Shown in pieces: positions 19,805-30,248 of a stretch of DNA of 64,000 nucleotides. The notes beneath the pieces were generated by a model, which saw only the letters and a program-made list of their open reading frames with translations, did no database searches and had not been told where the DNA came from. This stretch comes from a virus. Its lineage: Duplodnaviria > Caudoviricetes. Position numbers and translations under genes: made by a program. Position 1 is the stretch's first letter, and every line of letters starts with the position of its first letter. The DNA is taken from IMG/VR virus record IMGVR_UViG_3300028175_000001; one strand, written 5' to 3'.

Positions 19805-20836
19805 TTAAAAAAATAAATCTATATATTCTTCCATTTTTTCAGGAGGATTGTTAGTTAAAATTTTTTGTTTTATGATTTTAAAATTCTTTTCAGAATACGA
19901 ATTTGAAGATAAAAATTTACTCAATGATCCTTTAAGAAATTCATCAAACTCTCTATTGTGTTTTAAAATAAAAGATTTAATATGATTAGGTAAATATGAA
20001 ATATTTAACCAAGCAGGCTCATTTAAAAAATCCCATGACCAATTACGCATTTCTACTTTTGACCAATTGTATGTTTCTTGATAAAAAGGAGCATTCAAGG
20101 TATGCATAACAAAATGAGGTATTATAAAAACTTTAGGCCTTTTATCTAAATGCCAATTATACCACTTATTCCAATTTTTTTCAAACTTGCTCCATTTGGT
20201 ACCATATCTAACAAATTCTGCTATTTCTCCTATTCCATCAATGCTTATGTTGAGGTCTACGTGTTTAAAATCTAAAAGAAGATTTAAAAGTTCAGTATTG
20301 GGGAAAATAGAATTATTTGTAACCAACATCAAATTTATATTTTTTCTTGGGACATTTTTTAATAATTCAAAATTTCTTTTTTCTAAAAAGGGCTCGCCCC
20401 CAAGTAATTTTAAATGAATCAAATCATTAAAATTAGTAAACTCTGGTAAATTATTTTTTAAAATTGGACCAAATTGATTCGAAAATCTAGGACCACAATC
20501 AATACATTTAAAATTACACTTATTGGATAATGAAACTTCTAACGTTTTAAATACTGGATTTTTGATATATTTTTTATCAAATTGAGCATTAAATTGATCT
20601 CTATATGATCTCCAAGATTTTCCTCCATGAGCTTCGTCTATATCACACTTTTCACACTCGGGCAGTTTTTCTCCACTTAACATCCTTTTTCGTATTTTTT
20701 GATTTTCTTCACTGTCAAAGGCGTCTTTAATATCATTATATTTTTTGTCAAATGGCTTATCAAACATACAACATGTTCTATATTGACCATCGGGATTATG
20801 AACCATATGCACGAATGGGGCCATGCAAAATGTCAT
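19805..20836 (-). CDS. Radical SAM protein with N-terminal twitch (subfamily B)
   Basis: FCMAPF..DGQYRTCC..ECEKC; CNFKCIDC; LGGEPF; SIDG. Confidence 0.92.
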   Translation of the reverse strand: MTFCMAPFVHMVHNPDGQYRTCCMFDKPFDKKYNDIKDAFDSEENQKIRKRMLSGEKLPECEKCDIDEAHGGKSWRSYRDQFNAQFDKKYIKNPVFKTLEVSLSNKCNFKCIDCGPRFSNQFGPILKNNLPEFTNFNDLIHLKLLGGEPFLEKRNFELLKNVPRKNINLMLVTNNSIFPNTELLNLLLDFKHVDLNISIDGIGEIAEFVRYGTKWSKFEKNWNKWYNWHLDKRPKVFIIPHFVMHTLNAPFYQETYNWSKVEMRNWSWDFLNEPAWLNISYLPNHIKSFILKHNREFDEFLKGSLSKFLSSNSYSEKNFKIIKQKILTNNPPEKMEEYIDLFF

Positions 20837-21798
20837 TTTATAACCTTTCTTTTAGCAAAATCCCCACATGACAAATAACATCTAGCCAAATGTAAAGGAT
20901 GACTTTTATTCCAGGAATCAATTAAAATTTTATCATACCATTCTGATTGGATTATATCATAAAATTTCGATGTCCTTAAGTCATTTTTCAATCCAATAGT
21001 AGTTAATATATCAGTTTTTCCTGAAACCTGCTCATCATGTAAATGACAACACGGCCACACTCTTCCTTCTGAAGTTATGAACAATTCATTTTCTATTTGA
21101 TGTCTACATACAATATTCGCCGCATCATATACTCCCTGCCTTGCTCGGTTTTCTACTGTCTCATATACGTCACTATCAATCTTTAATGATTCGCTCGATT
21201 TAAATTTTGCGGAATTGGCAGTATTTCTCCAACTAACTCTTATTTTTAATTCTACACCTAACTCTTCTGCTTTCTTTTTTGCTAATGGAATTTCATCTGC
21301 ATTATAATCAAAATGAATATACTGCCATATTGCTTTACCACCAGCATCATAATACGTGTGAAAATTTTCCCAAACTTTATCTATTGAAACATTTTCCCTA
21401 TAATCATTTTTGGTAACACCATCTATTGACCAATGCACAAATAATTTTTTATTACTCAATTTCGATAATGTTGCTAACTCGGTCCAAAATTTTTTAGATC
21501 TAGTTCCCCCATTTGTCGATATTTCAATACTTTTAACTTTTTTTTCTAAAATAAGATATGAACAAATATCAATACAATCAGGATTTATGATAGGATCACC
21601 TAACACACCGCATAATTTTATTCTTGCATTTTTTAAATTTACACCATCAAACCAATCACATAACTCAGCTATCGTTATATTACCCTTATGATAATATGCA
21701 CCTCTATTATCCAGCATCGTTCTTTGACACCCAGAACAAAGAGCATTACATAGAGAACTAATCTCCAATTCTAATCTAAACGGTTTCTGTAGGTCCAT
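20833..21798 (-). CDS. Radical SAM protein with C-terminal twitch (subfamily A)
   Basis: EISSLCNALCSGC; CGVLGDP; TNGG; WSIDG; VCR..SEGRVWPCC..CYLSC. Confidence 0.92.
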   Translation of the reverse strand: MDLQKPFRLELEISSLCNALCSGCQRTMLDNRGAYYHKGNITIAELCDWFDGVNLKNARIKLCGVLGDPIINPDCIDICSYLILEKKVKSIEISTNGGTRSKKFWTELATLSKLSNKKLFVHWSIDGVTKNDYRENVSIDKVWENFHTYYDAGGKAIWQYIHFDYNADEIPLAKKKAEELGVELKIRVSWRNTANSAKFKSSESLKIDSDVYETVENRARQGVYDAANIVCRHQIENELFITSEGRVWPCCHLHDEQVSGKTDILTTIGLKNDLRTSKFYDIIQSEWYDKILIDSWNKSHPLHLARCYLSCGDFAKRKVIK

Positions 21799-22936
21799 CT
21801 AATTCCATAAAAATTCTTTTAGTTGTTATGTCAGTAATCCAATCACTCGTTTTTTGAGAAACATTTTCATAAGTTAATTCATCTATTGTGTGTTTATTAA
21901 ATAAATCATCAATAGATGTTTTAGATTTTGTTACACACATCCCACAGCCACAAAAAGTTTTCGGGCAAGTAATCATTGGAACTTTCTTTTGGTATAAACT
22001 ATCAGCAAGATCATCTATAATTTTATCAAATTGAGAAATTTTACCAAGAGGAGCTACTTCTCCCAGTAAATTAACTCCACACGTTTGATGAGTATAAACA
22101 ACATCAGCCTCCGAATTTAAAAAAAGAAAATACCAATTAACCATGCACTTCCAGCCTAAAAAATTAGTGGACGGAAGAAAAAAAGAATCTGCATCGTTTG
22201 CTTTGAAACTCCTTCCACCACAACAGGGTCTTCCAAGTCCCCGTTGGGTGTTTCCTGTTTCAGTGACGCTTTGGCCTTTATATTTCCAATAATCACGAAA
22301 CCATTTCATTTGATTTCTATCGTACTTATGAGTATACCCCAATTCAATAGATTTTTTATCATCAGGATGATCGTCTCCTATAATTCTTGGTACAAAATCT
22401 ACACTATTTTTTTCTAATGTTTCACACACATCTACACATTCCCAAAAATAATCTTTATGAAACATCACATTAACTTTATACGTCTGTCTTAATTGTATTG
22501 CATTTGATACGACTTGTTCTTTTTGCTGTTTTGTTGCTTCACAATGATAAGACAACGACCCCCCGGTAGTCAATGATAAAATTTTATCTAGAACAGTATT
22601 ACTAAACCACCCATTAGTGGTTAATCCTCTACTAAAATCGGGATATTCATTTTTTACATATTTTAAAAATTTAAAAAAATCAGAATGCACTGTGGGCTCG
22701 CCTCCAGTAAAACTCAATTTTTTAAGAGCGGGCTTCTTTCTAAACCGGTCATACAATAATGCATATTCTGCAACATTATCAACAGTTTTGCATAATTTAT
22801 CATAATCTAAAAGCGGAGACCATTTATTATTTCGATGCGGGGGGCAATATGTACACGCATAAGAACATCTTCTACCTAAATCCCAAATAATTTGATACCG
22901 ATTTGATTTATCCTCTATAGTTTCTATACTATTCAT
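21776..22936 (-). CDS. Radical SAM protein, subfamily C
   Basis: WDLGRRCSYACTYC; TGGEPT; TTNG; C-term Cys-rich CCGG..CMV..TCG..CPKTFCGCGMC. Confidence 0.92.
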   Translation of the reverse strand: MNSIETIEDKSNRYQIIWDLGRRCSYACTYCPPHRNNKWSPLLDYDKLCKTVDNVAEYALLYDRFRKKPALKKLSFTGGEPTVHSDFFKFLKYVKNEYPDFSRGLTTNGWFSNTVLDKILSLTTGGSLSYHCEATKQQKEQVVSNAIQLRQTYKVNVMFHKDYFWECVDVCETLEKNSVDFVPRIIGDDHPDDKKSIELGYTHKYDRNQMKWFRDYWKYKGQSVTETGNTQRGLGRPCCGGRSFKANDADSFFLPSTNFLGWKCMVNWYFLFLNSEADVVYTHQTCGVNLLGEVAPLGKISQFDKIIDDLADSLYQKKVPMITCPKTFCGCGMCVTKSKTSIDDLFNKHTIDELTYENVSQKTSDWITDITTKRIFMELDGPTETV

Positions 22937-24362
22937 ACCACTGCAACCATTCTAAATCAGGAAAAATTTTTATAAAATTTAAGTTTCTTTTGCTGGCAAT
23001 CGTAAAACACCATTCAGCAGTTTCGGGCAATCTCTCAGACCAATCTTCAGAATTCATAAAAGACACAAGTCCTTCAAGTCTTTTTATACCATACGGCAAT
23101 TCTCTCCATTGTTTAAAGTCAATATTTTCATCTTTAACTCCATTACATTTTTTCCAATTTTCTTCAAGCCACGGATAAAATTCTTCAAATTTATCAGATA
23201 TTTCTTGTTTAAACCATTTAGGTAATACTTTACAATTTAATTGGGGGGGCCAATACGCAAGATGTAAATCAATCATACCCGCTCCAGCAGGAAATTTATT
23301 AAGCAATTTCCAATCTTCGTTCAATTTCCAAATTATAAATTCCGGAAGATAAAAAATATTAAGAGCAGTAATTGTAGTTGCTGTAGTCAGTCTAAGATTA
23401 CCATGAGGATAATTGTCTAATACACGCATTTGAGATGTAATATCATTCCAACGAGAAGGATAACGAATAAAATGATTTTTATCCTCGTATGAATCAACGC
23501 TAAAATGAAAAATTACATTCTTAAACTCTTTCCACAAATCAAACAAACACGATTCCCATTCCAGACCATTCGAATTATATCTAAGTTCAATATCTTTTGC
23601 ATACCCCATATCAACAATTTTTTCAAGCACCATATAATGCTCTTTCATGATTAATGCTTCACCACCCGCCCAATATAACTGTTTAAGTGTTGGAACTTGA
23701 GTATAGAATTCTGTCCAAAAAGTTGGATTCGATTTATGCCAAGCATATGATCCCCCAGACCAAGCCAGCTTACCGGATTCTTTTTCCCATAATTGCGAAG
23801 TTTTTAATCTAGGATTTTTTATATTTGGATATATTTCTTTATATTCCTTTACCCATTTAGAAGAATCATGAGGACTACACATAACACAGGCAAGTTGACA
23901 TTTGCTACCAAGCCGAAGATCAATATATCGCACTTTAGGAGGAACAGTTCCTTCTTCTGTGGTTTCACCAATAATTTCTTCAAGCCCGATTTCATTAACC
24001 CATTTCGCAGTTTCCCATTGTCGTTTCGACCTATGACCAGCATCTTCTTCTTTAAAACATTTTAAGCAAGAGGATGGACGTTCTCCTCTAAGCATCATTT
24101 TTCGCACGGTCTTCATGTATTCATTGTTCCATGCATCTAACAAGCTCGTTGTTGCTAAATTAGCAGGCTTCCCATCATCTCTTTTAAGAACACCCGCTTC
24201 CGAAACTGTTTTATTTGTTGAATCTTTATCCTGAACCGAAGAAGCATTTGCAGTACAGCATACACGCATATGACCGTTTGGTCTAGTGGAAATATGCATC
24301 CAGGGCAATGCACAAAAAGTTTTTGATGGCAAATTTTTAGGATCGTTATCAATCACAAACAT
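22929..24362 (-). CDS. Radical SAM protein with N-terminal twitch (subfamily B)
   Basis: FCALPW..GHMRVCC..SCLKCFKEE..SKR; CQLACVMC; AGGEAL; YNSNG; FSVD. Confidence 0.92.
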   Translation of the reverse strand: MFVIDNDPKNLPSKTFCALPWMHISTRPNGHMRVCCTANASSVQDKDSTNKTVSEAGVLKRDDGKPANLATTSLLDAWNNEYMKTVRKMMLRGERPSSCLKCFKEEDAGHRSKRQWETAKWVNEIGLEEIIGETTEEGTVPPKVRYIDLRLGSKCQLACVMCSPHDSSKWVKEYKEIYPNIKNPRLKTSQLWEKESGKLAWSGGSYAWHKSNPTFWTEFYTQVPTLKQLYWAGGEALIMKEHYMVLEKIVDMGYAKDIELRYNSNGLEWESCLFDLWKEFKNVIFHFSVDSYEDKNHFIRYPSRWNDITSQMRVLDNYPHGNLRLTTATTITALNIFYLPEFIIWKLNEDWKLLNKFPAGAGMIDLHLAYWPPQLNCKVLPKWFKQEISDKFEEFYPWLEENWKKCNGVKDENIDFKQWRELPYGIKRLEGLVSFMNSEDWSERLPETAEWCFTIASKRNLNFIKIFPDLEWLQWYE

Positions 24363-24376
24363 GTTATAATTAAATA

Positions 24377-24994
24377 TTAAATATAGTTAACCGATATATT
24401 TTTATTAAAAGAAGGAATCATATCATGAGTAATATGATGTTGACGGCGATTTAATGTTTCATCTTTAATTCCGACACCCATAAGCACTATTGGCTCATCA
24501 TCGGTTTTTAGAATACTTTTGATTTTTTCACCATCAAAACAAGCACAACAGCCCGTTTGATACCCCAATAAAGATGCAGTCAAATTAACCATACCAGCGG
24601 CAACACCTATAGACTGATGCAAATCTTTATCTAATGTGGCTTGATTTGCTTCTGTATCTTTCCCATGCATTTTATTATAAGTTTCTTGATTGGCATCGGT
24701 TCTTAAGTCATTTTTTGTAAATGCTAAAAGCAAATTTGCTAATACTTGAGGATTAGTTCTTCCCGAACCCTCGCCATAATCATTTTCAAAAAAAGTAACA
24801 TCATGTATATCTTCAATTATTTCTCTATTTTGAATCACATGAACATTATAAAAACATATGTTTTGTTTAGAAGGACATTCCGTTGCGGCAATTACTATTG
24901 TTTTTAAATCAGCCTCTGGAATAGTTTTCTCAAGATTCCAATTTCTTTGACATCTTTGCGATTTTTTAATCGAAACTTCTATTTGGTTATTCAT
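24377..24994 (-). CDS. Nitroreductase-family (FMN) protein
   Basis: SQRCQRNW..AATECPSKQN..AAGMVNLTASLLGYQTGCCACFD; paralog of 39143. Confidence 0.85.
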   Translation of the reverse strand: MNNQIEVSIKKSQRCQRNWNLEKTIPEADLKTIVIAATECPSKQNICFYNVHVIQNREIIEDIHDVTFFENDYGEGSGRTNPQVLANLLLAFTKNDLRTDANQETYNKMHGKDTEANQATLDKDLHQSIGVAAGMVNLTASLLGYQTGCCACFDGEKIKSILKTDDEPIVLMGVGIKDETLNRRQHHITHDMIPSFNKNISVNYI

Positions 24995-25700
24995 ACTTTA
25001 AAATCTCCTGAAAAAGTAAATTCGTGGATGCCGGAATTTTTTTTCCGGTAAGATTATTTACACCTTCAACTATTTTTTTAGTATAATCGGGGTTCCACTC
25101 TTTACTATATATGTATTCTTTAAAATTTTCTATATTTATTGTTTTTTTAACTTCGGGGTGCAACGTTGCAATATCAAGAAACCCTTGCTGAAATATTATT
25201 TCATGGGGATTCAAATCTAACATATTTATATTATTAATGTCAAACACATTAAGTATAGAAATATTAGTTTTCCATGACACTTTATGAGATTTCCATTTTT
25301 CCAAATTATCATAATAAACTTTCCAATCAAATCCGACCCATGCCACAAATTCAGCAACATCTTTTACGCCATTACAGGCAACAGAAATATCCCATTCTGG
25401 CTTTAAATAATTTGGATATTTGCAACCATTAGTATGAATTAATACCTTTGTATGGGGTTTTATATTAGAAAGAAACTCTTCTGTTCGCTTGTCTTGAAAA
25501 GGATCTCCTCCTGACAATTCTAAATATTCCAACGAATCAAAATCTATTTCATAATCCTTCAACATCTCTCTATAACCCAAAAACCTATTACTATATTCGG
25601 GTCCACAAATACGACATTTTAAATTACAAATATTACTAAGGCGGACTTTTAAAAATCGCTTATCAATTGGCGTATTTTTCCAGCTATATTCCTCAATCAT
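24987..25700 (-). CDS. Compact radical SAM protein (subfamily B core lacking the twitch domain)
   Basis: LSNICNLKCRICGPEYS; SGGDPF; HTNG. Confidence 0.88.
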   Translation of the reverse strand: MIEEYSWKNTPIDKRFLKVRLSNICNLKCRICGPEYSNRFLGYREMLKDYEIDFDSLEYLELSGGDPFQDKRTEEFLSNIKPHTKVLIHTNGCKYPNYLKPEWDISVACNGVKDVAEFVAWVGFDWKVYYDNLEKWKSHKVSWKTNISILNVFDINNINMLDLNPHEIIFQQGFLDIATLHPEVKKTINIENFKEYIYSKEWNPDYTKKIVEGVNNLTGKKIPASTNLLFQEILKYE

Positions 25701-26493
25701 AAATAAATTCCTGTGGAGGGTTATCTAAAAAACCAAAAGCCCACATTCTTTCTTCACACCACCAACATTTACCACAATGAAACGTATAATTTCCTGATTC
25801 ATAATCAGACCCCTCACAGCTTCTAGTGATCGGGAAAAGACTATATGTCAAATTATACTTATCATATAATTTTTTTATATCTTTTTTATTAATTTTAAAA
25901 AATGGATTTATATAATGAGCAAACCCACTCCATGATTCCAATGGCCTATCAGCAGATTCGTCTCTAACGTGTTCTTTATTTCTAGAAATTGTTTTGTCGT
26001 TTTTTGGGGGATTGCTTGTTATACCACTATATAATATATCAATATCTCCAGAACCAAAATTATCCATATCTCTCTCTTTAAATTCTTTTATTTCTCTCTG
26101 ATATGGATCATTTATATCGGGATAATATACAATATGATCATTCATTTTAAAATCCAATGCTTCTTCAATAAAATCTATAACATATCCAGCATATATCGGA
26201 TTCCAACCCCTACCTCTCCTCACGGATAATGGTTGAAATTTTATATCAAGATTTTCATCTTTTATTTTTTTACATAACATATATGCAAGAATTGAGCTGT
26301 CTGCACCCCCGGACATCCATTGTCCTATAGTTTTTGTAGTTTTTATGTCAAATTTTTCTTTGACATGATCTATTAAATGATTATTATTCTCTATCTCGTC
26401 AACATCATCAAAATATCCTATTTCAGTTAATTTTTTCATAACCGAAGAAGTATAACGCTTAACCGTTTTAGGTATTGATAGTTCAATGTTCAT
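25693..26493 (-). CDS. queC: QueC-like PP-loop ATP pyrophosphatase
   Basis: MSGGADSS PP-loop; TRSC..HCGKCWWCEER zinc site as in 7-cyano-7-deazaguanine synthase. True substrate is uncertain. Confidence 0.65.
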   Translation of the reverse strand: MNIELSIPKTVKRYTSSVMKKLTEIGYFDDVDEIENNNHLIDHVKEKFDIKTTKTIGQWMSGGADSSILAYMLCKKIKDENLDIKFQPLSVRRGRGWNPIYAGYVIDFIEEALDFKMNDHIVYYPDINDPYQREIKEFKERDMDNFGSGDIDILYSGITSNPPKNDKTISRNKEHVRDESADRPLESWSGFAHYINPFFKINKKDIKKLYDKYNLTYSLFPITRSCEGSDYESGNYTFHCGKCWWCEERMWAFGFLDNPPQEFIYD

Positions 26494-27532
26494 TTATTAT
26501 GTTCCAAATTTCAGGATTTACATCTTTGAAGTTTATTCCTTGATGCTTATCACATGTTAATAAAAAATCTTTTATTTTTTTATATTCTAAATCAACTGCA
26601 ACATTGCTATAAATTATATTATTAAAATCATTATTTTCAGTTAATTCTGTTATTCCCCAGTTTTTTCTATGCTCTAACGAGACTTGTTCAAGTCGTAAAA
26701 AATTTGGATTAAATAAAGGATTCATTCTACTTCGACCTCCATGATATTCATCTCCCCCCGCAAAATCATAAACTTCATTCATTTTATTCACGTTTAGAAC
26801 TGATATTGTAGAATATATATGCACACAATTCCAATAAGAAATGTGTTTCTTAATATTTGCTTCAACATCATTCCAATTTGTACCAAATCGAATACATTCT
26901 GCTAGTGGACCAACAGCATCGATACTCACATCAACATGTACATCTGAAAATTTATCTAATTCCGTTAAAATCTTTTTATCAGGAAAAATACTTCCATTAG
27001 TATTAAATAAAATTTTTAACTTTTTTGGCAATTTACGTAAAAACCCCAATAGTCGTTTTGAAAAAAATGGCTCTCCACCCACAATTCTAACTTCTTTTAA
27101 TTCGCTTAAATCACTATAATTTAAAAATTTTTCTTGAGCAGGTCCAAATGTTTTTCTATTTTTATCTTTATAGTAATGGTCTTTATCAAATCTAGACCAA
27201 TCTTCATCCACAAAATCCCATTTAGAAGACAGTGCTGGTCTACAAATTCTACACATAAAATTACAAGTAAAATCAAGGGATATTTGCATTCCGTTTTTTA
27301 TAGCGGTTTGTCTCATAGATTCATGTCCCTTTTTTTCATTAACTTCACATATCGAACATTCTGGAATCCATCCTTTTTTAAGTCGTTCTCTCGCATCAAC
27401 CCATTCACTTTCGACATCACCAGTATAAATATTTGATTTCCATCCATGTGAAGCATCAAAAAGACAGCATGGTGTTACTCTACCATCCGGCGAACATATA
27501 TCGATGTGTCCATCTAATCTATTACATTTCAT
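26483..27532 (-). CDS. Radical SAM protein with N-terminal twitch (subfamily B)
   Basis: MKC..DGRVTPCC..ECSICEVNE..SMR; CNFMCRIC; VGGEPF; NTNG; SIDA. Confidence 0.92.
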   Translation of the reverse strand: MKCNRLDGHIDICSPDGRVTPCCLFDASHGWKSNIYTGDVESEWVDARERLKKGWIPECSICEVNEKKGHESMRQTAIKNGMQISLDFTCNFMCRICRPALSSKWDFVDEDWSRFDKDHYYKDKNRKTFGPAQEKFLNYSDLSELKEVRIVGGEPFFSKRLLGFLRKLPKKLKILFNTNGSIFPDKKILTELDKFSDVHVDVSIDAVGPLAECIRFGTNWNDVEANIKKHISYWNCVHIYSTISVLNVNKMNEVYDFAGGDEYHGGRSRMNPLFNPNFLRLEQVSLEHRKNWGITELTENNDFNNIIYSNVAVDLEYKKIKDFLLTCDKHQGINFKDVNPEIWNIINEH

Positions 27533-28275
27533 AAAAAATTTGATTTGAATTGTGATGGGTTTGGAACTATTTTATTAATAAAAAAATTCATTATTTGATC
27601 GGCTAATATTACATGATTTTCAAAAGATAAATGATTATTTCTTGTATCGTTTTCAAAAAAAATTACATCATTATTTTCGACTTTTCTTTTTTCACAATAA
27701 GAAATTAAATTTAAGCACCTAGAAACTATATGCACATTATTCGGAACTTCTAATGTATAATTATAATTTCGAAAAGGATAACCATTACCCGACGACGGCC
27801 ATATTAGAATTTTTTTATATTTTTTATGTTTTGTAAAAATAAAACTTACAAACAACACCTCTAAAATTCTATGCAATCCCGTTGAATAAAAAGACTCATA
27901 ATCTTTAAAAATTTTATTTGATTGATCTGCTATTTCATCATCTATCATTTCAGGTAAATCAAAACTTTTTTTATTCATCACACTATAAATCATACTAGCA
28001 TCTGACATCTTTTCTTCAGATAAATATTCTAACCATAATCGATTCATATCAGGTAAACAGATCAACAAAAAATCGCTGAATTTTGTAAATCCCATAAATT
28101 TTTCTAAACACCATTGGGCACCAACACCATGTAACGAGGTGTTCTTTACTTCAAAATTATATTTTTTTTCTAAAAGTTCCATCCACGAATCTGAAACATC
28201 AACTTTTGATTTCGGGCACGAAAAACTATCACCTAAAATATCAATTGAATTCCCAATTGTCTTCATCGATTTCAT
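27529..28275 (-). CDS. SGNH/GDSL hydrolase-like protein
   Basis: ILGDSFS..SWMELL..SLHGVG..NNHLSFENH. Confidence 0.65.
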   Translation of the reverse strand: MKSMKTIGNSIDILGDSFSCPKSKVDVSDSWMELLEKKYNFEVKNTSLHGVGAQWCLEKFMGFTKFSDFLLICLPDMNRLWLEYLSEEKMSDASMIYSVMNKKSFDLPEMIDDEIADQSNKIFKDYESFYSTGLHRILEVLFVSFIFTKHKKYKKILIWPSSGNGYPFRNYNYTLEVPNNVHIVSRCLNLISYCEKRKVENNDVIFFENDTRNNHLSFENHVILADQIMNFFINKIVPNPSQFKSNFL

Positions 28276-29185
28276 TTCTTTTACATTTGATATTACAAAT
28301 TTCCATTAATTTTAAATTTTTCCAAAGTTTTGAAAAAACTTCACTCTTAATAATTTCATCAAAATCACTATATTTTAAATTATTTTCTAATAAATGATTA
28401 ATCGTGTTTCCAAAAAAATTATAAAATTTTTGAATATAATAGGATGAACCCATCCAACAACAAGGCCAAACTGTTCCATTTACATCAATAAAAAATGATT
28501 TTTCCAATTCTTCATTGAAGTAAGTTGCTTTACATTTTATAAAATCATGTGATATATTTTTTTTCTTTACTTCCACGACTTCATGATTCTCTCTTTCAGA
28601 ATATTTTTCATTAAAAGCATAAAACTTTTCAATTTTTGATATTTTTTTTGCTTGAGATAATTGATGCTTATTATGTTCAAATATTATAAATTGCCAAATA
28701 GCTTTGCCCCCATGACGTATGAATGTTTTATAATTATCTTCTAATTTTGACCAATTTACATTTTTTCTATAAATATGATTCGTATCTGATAACCCATCAA
28801 TACCAAATACAACAACTGTATTATATTTCGCTAAGGTTTTCCAAAATTTTTTTGTTTTTGTACCACCATTTGTCGCAATCCAAATTTCTACATTTGGATA
28901 TTTAAAATTAACATATTCACATATTAACAACAAATCAGGATTTAAAGTCGGTTCATCAATGTTTCCACAAAAATGTATTTTTTGTAAATTCTTAAAGTCA
29001 TGGTTAATCCATTTTTTAAAATCGGTTAAACTTATAAATTTATCATTCAATCGTCTAGAGTAGGGGTTTGTTAAGTCAACAGAATATTCATGTCTTTCAC
29101 AAGAAGGGCATTTTGCATTGCAAAAAGAAGTAAGTTCTATTTGCAATCTAGTTATATCATTTAATGAAATTGGCCACTTAGACAT
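28241..29185 (-). CDS. Radical SAM protein with C-terminal twitch (subfamily A)
   Basis: ELTSFCNAKCPSC; CGNIDEP; TNGG; FGIDG; FEHNKHQ; KCK..NGTVWPCC..CNIKC. Confidence 0.92.
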   Translation of the reverse strand: MSKWPISLNDITRLQIELTSFCNAKCPSCERHEYSVDLTNPYSRRLNDKFISLTDFKKWINHDFKNLQKIHFCGNIDEPTLNPDLLLICEYVNFKYPNVEIWIATNGGTKTKKFWKTLAKYNTVVVFGIDGLSDTNHIYRKNVNWSKLEDNYKTFIRHGGKAIWQFIIFEHNKHQLSQAKKISKIEKFYAFNEKYSERENHEVVEVKKKNISHDFIKCKATYFNEELEKSFFIDVNGTVWPCCWMGSSYYIQKFYNFFGNTINHLLENNLKYSDFDEIIKSEVFSKLWKNLKLMEICNIKCKRNEIDEDNWEFN

Positions 29186-30248
29186 ATTCTTTTAATTTTC
29201 TATAAACAAACAATGCTTCTTCAGGTGCTTTTTGAAATGTTTCAAGATACTGTGTGTAAATTATAAATTGTCTGCAATAGTCAACATTATAATCACTAGT
29301 GTTTAATATATTTTGAATAAAGTCATCAGTTGGCAATTCTTTTTTAATTTCATCAGGTAAATATTCTGGACTTAAATACTTAGGAGAAAAACAATTTGTT
29401 TTCCTCATTTTAATATCCAATGATGTTAAATATTTTTCTGTATCATCAACATTAAATATATTATAATTAGTCATAACAAAATTTGAACACACTCCACTTG
29501 TTAAATCCCCATAAGTATATTGTTTATGGTCTTTCAATAAATGCTTCCACCTCAAAGCATTTTTTTCCCAAATATCCATTTTCAAACCCAATCTAACCCA
29601 CTCGCCAACAGGACCAATTCCATCAATACTCACCATGATCATAACTCTTTTCAATTTCTTAATAAAATTCGACCATGAATTATGTACAAATTTTGTACAA
29701 TTTGTATTCATCGAAAAAAACAATACATCATAATTTACATGTTGATCCAACATTTTAAAAAATTCAGGCGAAAATTCTCTTTGAATTGTAGGTTCACCGC
29801 CTGTAAAAGACAAGTGTTTTAATTTACTAAAATCTACATTATCATAATTAGGTTTTATTTTATCGATCTTACCTTCACGATTTTCCCAAACAGTGCTTGA
29901 TTCTGGTTTACATGTAACACAAGCAAAATTGCACTTATTACTAAAAGAAAGTTCCAAACCCTCAAGAAAAAAATCTTCACGATATGAATGTTCTTGATTG
30001 ATAACTTGTCTTTGCGAAAGTTCTCCTACCGAATCATAATAATAGCAAGATCCACATTCTTCAATATAATCTCTATTCAACATGCGTTCACGTAGAAGAT
30101 TCATTTCTTCTCCCATAAAAGCATCTATGACATTTGTATATCGTTTTCTAATAGGGGAATGATAGCAACATGTCCGATAAGTTCCATCAGGACCACCGGT
30201 CATTCTGCTAAATGGCGCCATGCAAAATGTGGTCATAAGAATCGACAT
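29178..30248 (-). CDS. Radical SAM protein with N-terminal twitch (subfamily B)
   Basis: FCMAPF..DGTYRTCC..ECGSC; CNFACVTC; TGGEPT; SIDG. Confidence 0.92.
   Translation of the reverse strand: MSILMTTFCMAPFSRMTGGPDGTYRTCCYHSPIRKRYTNVIDAFMGEEMNLLRERMLNRDYIEECGSCYYYDSVGELSQRQVINQEHSYREDFFLEGLELSFSNKCNFACVTCKPESSTVWENREGKIDKIKPNYDNVDFSKLKHLSFTGGEPTIQREFSPEFFKMLDQHVNYDVLFFSMNTNCTKFVHNSWSNFIKKLKRVMIMVSIDGIGPVGEWVRLGLKMDIWEKNALRWKHLLKDHKQYTYGDLTSGVCSNFVMTNYNIFNVDDTEKYLTSLDIKMRKTNCFSPKYLSPEYLPDEIKKELPTDDFIQNILNTSDYNVDYCRQFIIYTQYLETFQKAPEEALFVYRKLKEYV

Noticed and set aside
14388-22936. Calling the subfamily C rSAMs QueE or MoaA
   Set aside because: They carry extra Cys-rich C-terminal domains unlike QueE and lack the MoaA C-terminal GG motif; no cognate pathway partners are visible.
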